From: Myxococcota bacterium
GTDB taxonomy: Bacteria > Myxococcota > JACRCW01
Assembly: GCA_040752415.1 (NCBI GenBank)
Contig: JBFMGU010000275.1
Span: 1-13,863, forward strand
Reading direction: 5' to 3'
DNA: 13,863 bases
Positions within the stretch are counted from its first letter, which is position 1, and each line of letters begins with the position of its first letter. This document shows positions 1 to 6,727 of the stretch, piece after piece. The position numbers and the translations under genes are program-made. The notes under the pieces were generated by a model, which saw nothing but the letters and a program-made list of their open reading frames with translations, had not been told where the DNA came from and did no database searches.

Positions 1-116
1 ACTCGAGGAAAGACTTCTAACCATCGCCAGCGTCCTGGGACGTTCACGCAACCGACGCCGAGATGCGGCCCAGAGGAAACGCCGCCAGCAGCTGGGACGT
101 GCCACGCGCTAACCGA

Positions 117-254
117 TCACGCATGGTAGGTATCCATAGACACGTTGGTGAGACGCGGGGGTTGTTCTCCAGCGTCTGGGTTGGACCCCTGGCAAGTGCA
201 CGCCGCCATTCGCCACAACGTGACGAGAATGGCCAAGACCCTCACCCGGGGCAC
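117..254 (-). pseudogene. Possible truncated/degenerate lipoprotein (45 aa before TGA; frame stays open beyond the stop to the window edge)
   Basis: GTG at 254 is preceded by GGAG. Translation MPRVRVLAILVTLWRMAACTCQGSNPDAG.. resembles a lipoprotein signal (basic N-terminus, hydrophobic stretch, MAAC) and loosely the N-terminus of the neighbouring FG-GAP gene (SACAQGPDDAG). An Arg interrupts the hydrophobic stretch and TGA occurs at 117-119. Confidence 0.3.
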
Positions 255-316
255 GGCTGCTCCCTGAACACAACGAATCCTCAATTCTCCCGACACGACG
301 GCACCGGGATCTAAAG

Positions 317-1948
317 TTAGTCCCATCGTCCCGCGTCCCAGCCGCCGCCGTCCGGGCCAGCATCGGTGGTGTTCACATTGTGAATGGGAACATCTGGGCC
401 GTCCTCCTCAGGAGGCGTCGGCAGTTCAAACCCACCGTCGAGAATGACCGGCATGCGTGGGCCCGGAAGACCGTCCTCTTCCTCACGATCAGGTCGCCGC
501 CAGTACCAGACAAAGTCCCCGTCATCCGAGCTGAGCACGTCGAGGCTGCCGTCTCCGTCGACATCCCAAAGCAGCATGGGCAAGCGGACGGACGAAGGTC
601 CCCATTTCTCGGTGATCCAGTCTTCGCGCACCAGCGTCCGGTCGGGATTCACCCGCCATACCTGCGCCCAGTCAGTCCGGCCGTGACTCAAGATGACGTA
701 GGGAACGCGGTCCCTGCCCAGTCGTCCTGCCGTCGTGGCGAAGACATACTCGCCGTCAGCGATGGCACCATCGAGGTCCAGATCGAACGCCAGGTTGCCG
801 TTGTTGAACAAGAGCGCAACGATTCCGCCGCCGAGTGTTAGCGCGACGTCCAGACTCCCGTTCCCATCCAGGTCCTCAAATGAAGGCCGGTGCTGCTGCG
901 GCGTGAAGAGCGACCAGGCTGCTCCATAGGTTTCGTGGAGCGCGGTGAACCCCACGTCGGGGGCGCCGGAGAGCACCGCGACGCCGCCGATGTTCCGAGG
1001 GGTGGAGACAACCTCGTCGGTACCGTCACCATCGAGGTCCGCACACGTGACACCGCAAGCCGATACCGCGGTGCTGAGTGTGGTTGGGGTGAGCTCGCCA
1101 AGCACGCCGGCGTCGTCATCCCAGCGTGCAAACCATGGTTCACCGGGATCTCGCGTCCCAAGAACGTAGGCCCCATCGTCGTCGTGACAAACCGCCATGC
1201 CGCAAACGAAACCCGGAACCGTCGCCAGGGTGGTCAGCGTGGCCGTGCCCGGCGTCCATGTCGGGACATCGCCGAGGTAGAGGGACGCATCCAGATTGTT
1301 GTTGACGATCTCCAGGAGCGCACCGTTCGGGAAAGAGGCGGTCGTCAGGGTCTCAAGATGTACCCGTAGTGGGTCCAGGAGATGCTCCTCGCCCCTGGCG
1401 ATGCGACTGTACGCCACCCAAAACAACATGCTCGGCGCGAGCGGTGTCCCGCCGAACTCGTCGACAAAAATGGATTGACTCACGCGTGCGCCTGCAATCA
1501 CACAGACCCTTCGGGACCCGAACGGACCCAAGAACGGGCCCTGGCACTCCTCCGACCTCCACAGATGGGTTATCCGCCCGCTCCACCCGTACCAGCCTCC
1601 TTCCTTGAAGTTTCCGACAGCATTGATGCGGCCGGCGGAGTCCTCGACACGAACCTCTTGGGGGCCGACCTGGAGGGGCGCGGACGGCTCACCTGAGATC
1701 TGTACGCCCGCGTCCGTCGGCACGGCCTCAAGGTTGATGAGAGGTACGTTTCCGACGAAAGCCGACGTCGGGGATTCCACGCCGGTGACCTGTAGGTTGA
1801 CCCTGCGCGTGAGCGCCCCCGTCGGATAGCGCCAACTCGCGAACTGAACGCCTCGCACTGCACCGCCGGAACCCGCATCGTCAGGTCCCTGTGCGCATGC
1901 GCTCAGGCAACACGCAATGCTCGTCAGCAAACGCGTCAGCGGGGCCAT
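317..1948 (-). CDS. FG-GAP/VCBS repeat-containing lipoprotein (Ca-binding beta-propeller-like), 543 aa
   Basis: N-terminal signal with lipobox LSAC. Three DxDxDG-type motifs: DLDGDGTDEVV, DLDGNGSLDVAL, DVDGDGSLDVL. Acidic Pro/Gly-rich C-terminal tail with DAG/DGG motifs. Confidence 0.8.
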   Translation of the reverse strand: MAPLTRLLTSIACCLSACAQGPDDAGSGGAVRGVQFASWRYPTGALTRRVNLQVTGVESPTSAFVGNVPLINLEAVPTDAGVQISGEPSAPLQVGPQEVRVEDSAGRINAVGNFKEGGWYGWSGRITHLWRSEECQGPFLGPFGSRRVCVIAGARVSQSIFVDEFGGTPLAPSMLFWVAYSRIARGEEHLLDPLRVHLETLTTASFPNGALLEIVNNNLDASLYLGDVPTWTPGTATLTTLATVPGFVCGMAVCHDDDGAYVLGTRDPGEPWFARWDDDAGVLGELTPTTLSTAVSACGVTCADLDGDGTDEVVSTPRNIGGVAVLSGAPDVGFTALHETYGAAWSLFTPQQHRPSFEDLDGNGSLDVALTLGGGIVALLFNNGNLAFDLDLDGAIADGEYVFATTAGRLGRDRVPYVILSHGRTDWAQVWRVNPDRTLVREDWITEKWGPSSVRLPMLLWDVDGDGSLDVLSSDDGDFVWYWRRPDREEEDGLPGPRMPVILDGGFELPTPPEEDGPDVPIHNVNTTDAGPDGGGWDAGRWD

Positions 1949-1960
1949 GTCGGTTACGGC

Positions 1961-3046
1961 TCATTGTACGCTGGGGTGGGCGCCGTCGAGAGCCGTCCAC
2001 CAAAGCAGCGTGAAAGTGCGCCGCGCTGGGCGGCGGCAAGTGAGACCGTGACCGGCCGAGGGGAGGCCATGGGCGTCACGCCGGGTGCAGGTCGACTTCG
2101 GCGACACCCCGCCACGCACAACACCGCTGCCAGCAACGTTGTCCCATCCGGGGGAGGCATGCGCTGTTGTCGAGCAGGTGCAGGCGGTGTCCGGGCGCGG
2201 GTTGGTCGTCGGCGGGAGCGGTTCGGTGGCGTCGGGTGAGAGCTCACACGTGGTGACGCCCACACTGCACCATTCGCCGGGCAGCAGGAGCAGTTCCCCG
2301 TTGGCGTGTTCCACCGCCACCCGCGCGCACCAGCTGGCGTCACTCTCTCCGACGTCGACGCCATGGACGTTGCACGGCGCCGGCTTCAACTCACCGCACA
2401 CGGGAGCCGGATTGCCAGAGTAGATGACGCTCGGCGTCGACGTGGGCACTTCCCCCCGACGCCAGACCCAGATGAGATACGCGGCCTGCTGTTCCGCGTC
2501 CGACGCGCCAACAATGTCCACGTGGAGGAATGGCGTCGACCATTCGCACTGGGACGTGTTGTTGGGATCCGAGACCAGGTAGACGCCCGCCACCCGCAAC
2601 GCGTCAGAAGATGCTGTTGACGCCCGCTCCTCTGCCACGAACGTCAACGGGTACCCGGGCCCTCGGACCAGCATGTATTCCTGGCCGGGGTGCAACGGCT
2701 CGCGCGGGGCCACGGTGATGAGGGAGCCCGTCGCCGTGGTTCCCTCCAGTCGGCGAACGGTGACCTCCACGGAACGACCCGCCCGAGCGAGAAATGAGTC
2801 ATCCCCACCGTCGCCCGGAAGCGCTTCATACAATCCCATCGCGGGAAGGCCCGGGCCCGCGTCGTTCCCCAGCTGGCATCCCTGGCCGGACGGGTAGAAG
2901 CGGATGACCGTGTCCGTCGGAGCCGTCCCCCGCTGGTGCGGCCAGGTGAAAGACTGGGGCGCGCAGTCGCACGCGCGGGCAGGGTCCGGTGCGCCAACAA
3001 CGCACAACAGTGCGAGGACAGGGACCCCGAGGCACTCTCGTCGCAT
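1961..3046 (-). CDS. Secreted Cys-containing protein with Ig-like (Big_5-like) domain; probable frameshift near 2143-2154 puts a MYXO-CTERM-like sorting signal out of frame
   Basis: Start reassigned to ATG 3046: MRRECLGVPVLALLCVVGAPDPARA|CDC (signal peptide with AxA cleavage site). Contains P..GTAPTDTVIRF and ITVAPREPLHPGQEYMLV, which look Big_5-like. A Pro/Thr linker leads to ACTCSTT; the hydrophobic segment plus RRSR lies in the adjacent frame, which ends at 1954. Confidence 0.65.
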   Translation of the reverse strand: MRRECLGVPVLALLCVVGAPDPARACDCAPQSFTWPHQRGTAPTDTVIRFYPSGQGCQLGNDAGPGLPAMGLYEALPGDGGDDSFLARAGRSVEVTVRRLEGTTATGSLITVAPREPLHPGQEYMLVRGPGYPLTFVAEERASTASSDALRVAGVYLVSDPNNTSQCEWSTPFLHVDIVGASDAEQQAAYLIWVWRRGEVPTSTPSVIYSGNPAPVCGELKPAPCNVHGVDVGESDASWCARVAVEHANGELLLLPGEWCSVGVTTCELSPDATEPLPPTTNPRPDTACTCSTTAHASPGWDNVAGSGVVRGGVSPKSTCTRRDAHGLPSAGHGLTCRRPARRTFTLLWWTALDGAHPSVQ

Positions 3047-3060
3047 GGGCCTAAAGATAG

Positions 3061-3441
3061 CTACTTTGCCGGGACCTTCCACCCGCATCCCACGTTCACG
3101 CGTCGGGCGCGCGTGGGCCGGTCCTGGTCGCACCACGAGCCGGTGTTGAATGTCCCCGTCGTCACTTCGTTCTCGAAGCACTCACACGCGAAGTACCAGG
3201 TCTGGTCCCGACACTGCGCACGGAACGATCCCTGCTGGCACTGCCACGTGTCGCTGCAGTCGAGCTTCACGCCCTCGGTGTACGCCTGACCGCAGGTGAC
3301 GTTGCAGCTCGTCATCTCGCCCGGAAGCGAGCAGTCCCACGCCGCACTGCCCGGGTCCCCGCGCAACAGGTCCTCGCCGTCGACGAACCGGACGCATCCC
3401 GTCGTCACCAACAGCACCAGCGCGCGTGCTAGCCCCTGCAT
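3061..3441 (-). CDS. Small cysteine-rich lipoprotein, 126 aa
   Basis: True start is likely ATG 3441 (GGAG just upstream; overlaps the FHA gene stop). MQGLARALVLLVTTGC is a lipoprotein-type signal, followed by 10 more Cys in about 110 residues. The upstream part of the 3061..3897 ORF is an alternative-frame read of the FHA gene. Confidence 0.7.
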   Translation of the reverse strand: MQGLARALVLLVTTGCVRFVDGEDLLRGDPGSAAWDCSLPGEMTSCNVTCGQAYTEGVKLDCSDTWQCQQGSFRAQCRDQTWYFACECFENEVTTGTFNTGSWCDQDRPTRARRVNVGCGWKVPAK

Positions 3442-4535
3442 ACCCACTCCCGCGACCCCACGCGCACCCGCGAGCCCACGGAGACGTCGTATCCTCCCGG
3501 CAGCGCCACGTCGTCGTCCACGTGCAGCGCTCCGTCCACCACGCCCAGGCGCGGCCAACCTCCCACGGGCCACTTCAACGTCACGCGCGCCAGGTTCCCC
3601 TCGCCCAGCTCCATCTGCCCGGTGCCATTCCCCACGAGCACCAGCGCGCGCGTCTGCGGATTCGCCGCCGGCCACACCTCCACCGCCCAGCCCGCGGTCC
3701 GCACGCCCAAAAGCAACGCGCCCGCCATCACCGTCGCGGGCGGGCCCATGACGTCGTCGGTGAGCTGGGAGGACCACAGCACCGCGCCGCCGGCGGAGAG
3801 CACCGCGGATCCGTCGCGCACCTCCACCCGCGCATGTTGTCGACTCACACCCGGCGCCTGCACCCGCAGCACCGCGTCCTCGCCACGACCCACCCACGCC
3901 GGCGCCAGGCCCAAGGCCACCAGGAGCCCACCGTCGCCCTCGAGGAGCAGCCGTGGCGGGGCAGGGCGACGCGCCAACAGCTTGTCCCGCAGGTCGGGGT
4001 AGGCGGGGTTGTCGGGACGGGCGCGCAGGGCGCGTTCCACGGCGAGCAGCGCGTCGGTGAGGTGCCCGCGACCCATGGCGGCCTCGTACGCGGCAAACGC
4101 CACGGAGGCTTCCCCCGAGCGGTCCTGCGGCTCTCCCGCGGCGGCCAGCGCGCGTTGCATCAGCTCCAGCTCACCTGCCCGCCCGGCCAGGTCCGCCGCC
4201 TCCGCGGGACGACCGGCGTCCATCAGCAACCGCGCGGCGCGCGCCAGCTCCCCCGCGCTCTCCAGCAGTTGGCAGCACACGCGCACGGGCTCCAGGTGCA
4301 GCGCAAGTCCCGCGCCCACGCGTGAGGCGGTCTGACGCAGCTCCTCCTCCAGGCGCACGCCCACCGCGCGTCTCTCCGCCTGTCGTTGTGCCTCCGTGTA
4401 TTGCGGATTCTCCGACGCCAACACCGCCCGGGCGCGCGCCAGGAATCCCTCCAGTCGGGCGGGGCCCTCCGGCAGTGCGGCGGGCTTGAGCGGGCGCGAC
4501 GCGGGCACGGGCTTGGGCGGGGTGCGAGACGCCAA
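3429..4535 (-). CDS. FHA domain-containing protein with N-terminal helical/TPR-like region
   Basis: FHA signature WVGRGEDAVLRVQAPGVSRQHARVEV (GR...SRxH). TPR-like segment ALLAVERALRARPDNP. Start assigned to TTG 4535, preceded by GGAGG. Confidence 0.8.
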   Translation of the reverse strand: MASRTPPKPVPASRPLKPAALPEGPARLEGFLARARAVLASENPQYTEAQRQAERRAVGVRLEEELRQTASRVGAGLALHLEPVRVCCQLLESAGELARAARLLMDAGRPAEAADLAGRAGELELMQRALAAAGEPQDRSGEASVAFAAYEAAMGRGHLTDALLAVERALRARPDNPAYPDLRDKLLARRPAPPRLLLEGDGGLLVALGLAPAWVGRGEDAVLRVQAPGVSRQHARVEVRDGSAVLSAGGAVLWSSQLTDDVMGPPATVMAGALLLGVRTAGWAVEVWPAANPQTRALVLVGNGTGQMELGEGNLARVTLKWPVGGWPRLGVVDGALHVDDDVALPGGYDVSVGSRVRVGSREWVCRG

Positions 4536-4637
4536 CGGACCTCCACGGGTGGGAGCCGGCGACCACAGACCCCCTGCACACGTCAAGCTTTTCCTGCACG
4601 CGCCGCGGCGGTGCAACCGGGCTGTTCGCGATTGTGG

Positions 4638-4665
4638 TTGACCCGTTTCCGCCGAGGTCTATTCT
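4638..4665 (+). promoter_or_regulatory. Sigma70-type promoter upstream of hpf
   Basis: TTGACC (4638-4643), 16-nt spacer, TATTCT (4660-4665), in the divergent intergenic region. Strong SD GGAGGT at 4740-4745 precedes ATG 4751. Confidence 0.6.
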
Positions 4666-4750
4666 GAGGTCCGAACACGGTCCCGGCGGGGAAGGCGCTT
4701 CACTGGTCCGCGCCGCCCCGAGCCACGCGGGGCCCCCACGGAGGTGACTC

Positions 4751-5326
4751 ATGCAGGTGTCGGTCACGTTTCGTCACATGGAGCCGACAGGCGCACTCAA
4801 GGAGTTCGCCAACGAGAAGGTCCAGCGCATCAACAAGTTGTTCCACAAGCCCGCCGAGGCCCACGTGGTGCTCAGCCTTGAGAAGTACATGCACAAGGCG
4901 GACGTCACGGTCTCGGCCAACGGGCTCATGATGCGCGGCGAGGAAAAGTCGGAGGACATGTACCAGTCGATTGACCGCGCCATTGAGAAGATTGAGAGGC
5001 AGCTCAAGCGGTACCAGGGCAAGGTCCGCAACCACAAAGCGCGTGAGGATGGGAAGTTCAAGGTCAGGCTCAACGTTCTGGAGCCGGACGGCCCGGTGGC
5101 GGAAGCCAACGCCGAGGTCCCGGTGGAGAGCGCGCCGGCTCCCAAGGTGGTTCGCACCCGCGAGTTCGTGGCCAAGCCCATGACCGTGGACGAGGCCATC
5201 ATGCAGATGGACCTGCTCCACAATGACTTCCTGGTGTTCCAGAACAGCGCCACGCACGAGATCAACGTGATCTACCGCCGCAAGGACGGCAACCTGGGCC
5301 TCATTGAGGCCGCCATGCACCAGTGA
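4751..5326 (+). CDS. hpf: Long-form ribosome hibernation promoting factor (HPF/RaiA, sigma54 modulation protein family), 191 aa
   Basis: N-terminal MQVSVTFRHMEPTGALKEFANEK and SEDMYQSIDRAIEKIERQLKRY. C-terminal domain KPMTVDEAIMQMDLLHNDFLVFQN..INVIYRRKDGNLGLIE is typical of long HPF. Confidence 0.95.
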   Translation: MQVSVTFRHMEPTGALKEFANEKVQRINKLFHKPAEAHVVLSLEKYMHKADVTVSANGLMMRGEEKSEDMYQSIDRAIEKIERQLKRYQGKVRNHKAREDGKFKVRLNVLEPDGPVAEANAEVPVESAPAPKVVRTREFVAKPMTVDEAIMQMDLLHNDFLVFQNSATHEINVIYRRKDGNLGLIEAAMHQ

Positions 5327-5334
5327 TAATCCGC

Positions 5335-5371
5335 CGGAGGCGCCTGCCCGCCTACCGCGGGCGGCCCTCCG
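5335..5371 (+). other. Intergenic stem-loop between hpf and ptsN
   Basis: CGGAGG (5335-5340)/CCTCCG (5366-5371), GCC/GGC, and GCCCGC (5346-5351)/GCGGGC (5357-5362) close a CTACC loop. No U-tract follows. Confidence 0.45.
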
Positions 5372-5384
5372 ATTCCGTCCCCTC

Positions 5385-5855
5385 ATGAAGCTCGTCGAGA
5401 TCCTTGGCCCCTCGCGGGTGATTCCGCATCTTTCGGCAAACACCAAGCCGGAAGTGCTGCGGGAGCTTACGCACGCGTTGGTGGACCATGACCCGGACTT
5501 TCCCCCGGGCAGCGCGGAGCGCGTCTATGAGACGTTGCTGGAGCGCGAGCGCCTCTCGTCCACCGGCATTGCCGACGGGGTGGCCATCCCCCACGGCAAA
5601 CACCCGGGCCTGACCTCCCTCAAGGCGGTGCTGGGCATCCGTCGGGACGGGCTGGACTTTGCCGCCATTGATGGTCAGCCCAGCAAGATCTTCATCCTGC
5701 TGGTGGCGCCGGAGAACAGCGCTGGCCTGCACCTCAAGGCGCTGGCGCGCATCTCCCGCCTGTTCAAGGAGCCGGCGCTGCGTGAGCGCGTGCTGAGTGC
5801 GGAAGGCGCGGACGGCGTCTTCCGGGTCATCTCCGAGGAGGACGCCCGCGTCTGA
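5385..5855 (+). CDS. ptsN: PTS IIA-like nitrogen regulatory protein (EIIA-Ntr), 156 aa
   Basis: ERERLSSTGIADGVAIPHGK (phospho-His motif), DFAAIDGQP..IFILLVAPENSAGLHLKALARISRL. Lies directly downstream of hpf. Start at ATG 5385. Confidence 0.9.
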   Translation: MKLVEILGPSRVIPHLSANTKPEVLRELTHALVDHDPDFPPGSAERVYETLLERERLSSTGIADGVAIPHGKHPGLTSLKAVLGIRRDGLDFAAIDGQPSKIFILLVAPENSAGLHLKALARISRLFKEPALRERVLSAEGADGVFRVISEEDARV

Positions 5856-5886
5856 GCGGCGTGTCTCCAACCGGTCACAAGAGCCC

Positions 5887-5966
5887 TTGCCCTCAGGTGC
5901 GCGGTCCCCTATGTGGGCGCGCCCGAACACTGACCCATTTTCACGTGACGCACCTGAGGAGAGCTC
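5887..5966 (+). promoter_or_regulatory. Candidate promoter plus 11-bp perfect inverted repeat overlapping the SD of the downstream gene
   Basis: TTGCCC (5887-5892), 17-nt spacer, TATGTG (5910-5915). CCTCAGGTGCG (5891-5901) is the exact reverse complement of CGCACCTGAGG (5949-5959). SD GAGGAG at 5956-5961. Palindrome TCACGTGA at 5941-5948. Confidence 0.5.
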
Positions 5967-5968
5967 CC

Positions 5969-6703
5969 ATGGCCAGCAAGACCGGCTCCAGCCGCAGCAA
6001 GAAGACCAAGGCGGAAGGCACCGCCGCCGCCAAGCCCGCCGCCAAGGGCAAGAAGTCCGCGGCCGCCGCCGGGAGCCCCACCACCGCCGAGGAGACCACG
6101 GGTGCGGTGCCTCCCGCGGTGAGCATTCCGCCGCCCGCCCCCGCGCAGCCGGCCATCACCGCCGCGGTGGCGCCCAGCATGCCCTCCGCCAAGGCTCCCG
6201 CCACGCCGCCGGCGCCCAGCATGCCCCCGCGCCCCGCCTATGACGACGAGCCCACGGTGGACATGAGCAAGATGGTGGCGGAAGCCAAGGCCACCGTGAA
6301 GCCCTCCCGTCCGCCGGAGCCCGTCGAGGAGCCTGCGGATGCCACCATCGTCTTCGCCGCGGGGCAGCTTGACGAGGCTGCGCGCCGGGAGCGGGAGGCG
6401 CTCTCCCTGAAGGCGGGCAGCAAGGTGCGCGTGCGCTACCTGCGGGAGCTCAGCGACCTGCACGAGGCTGGCAGCATCAAGCGCATTGACCTGGGCTGGA
6501 TGGTGAAGGGCGGAGCGGCGCAGTACGCGCCGGTGGCGGAGCGGACCAATGGCGCGGGCGCGCTGAGCCGCAAGGCGCCGGTGGTGACGCTGCCGCGTGA
6601 CGCCGGTGGCGAGCTGCAGATGTGGTTCAAGGTGGAGCTGGATGGCGGCCGCGTGACCTGGGACAGCAATTACGCGCGCAACTACCGCTTCCCCATCCGC
6701 TGA
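5969..6703 (+). CDS. Hypothetical protein: Lys/Ala/Pro-rich disordered N-half plus C-terminal DUF6209-like (CBM21/25-like motif) domain, 244 aa
   Basis: ATG 5969 with SD GAGGAG; strongly GC3-biased codons. The C-terminal region ATIVF..LKAGSKVRVRY..ELQMWF..WDSNYARNYRF matches my recollection of the DUF6209 WDSxxGxNY pattern. No signal peptide. Confidence 0.65.
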   Translation: MASKTGSSRSKKTKAEGTAAAKPAAKGKKSAAAAGSPTTAEETTGAVPPAVSIPPPAPAQPAITAAVAPSMPSAKAPATPPAPSMPPRPAYDDEPTVDMSKMVAEAKATVKPSRPPEPVEEPADATIVFAAGQLDEAARREREALSLKAGSKVRVRYLRELSDLHEAGSIKRIDLGWMVKGGAAQYAPVAERTNGAGALSRKAPVVTLPRDAGGELQMWFKVELDGGRVTWDSNYARNYRFPIR

Positions 6704-6727
6704 AGGGCTGACCTCGCGCGCCCCCTC

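Noticed and set aside
5..180. CRISPR interpretation of the left-edge repeats
   Set aside because: Copies are too divergent and irregularly spaced, and no cas genes are present.
3442..3897. N-terminal 152 aa of ORF 3061..3897
   Set aside because: Alternative-frame overlap with the FHA gene; the signal peptide and SD point to ATG 3441.
4536..4750. Sigma54 promoter or riboswitch in the hpf leader
   Set aside because: No TGGCAC-N5-TTGC motif found. Alternative GC hairpins (4687-4720 vs 4715-4733) are short, expected at this GC content, and do not cover the SD.
6169..6226. 16-bp direct repeat GGCGCCCAGCATGCCC (6169-6184, 6211-6226)
   Set aside because: Encodes APSMP twice in a low-complexity linker; two copies inside a CDS, not CRISPR or an att site.
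6704..6727. Terminator between the convergent genes
   Set aside because: No convincing stem plus U-tract in the 24-nt gap.
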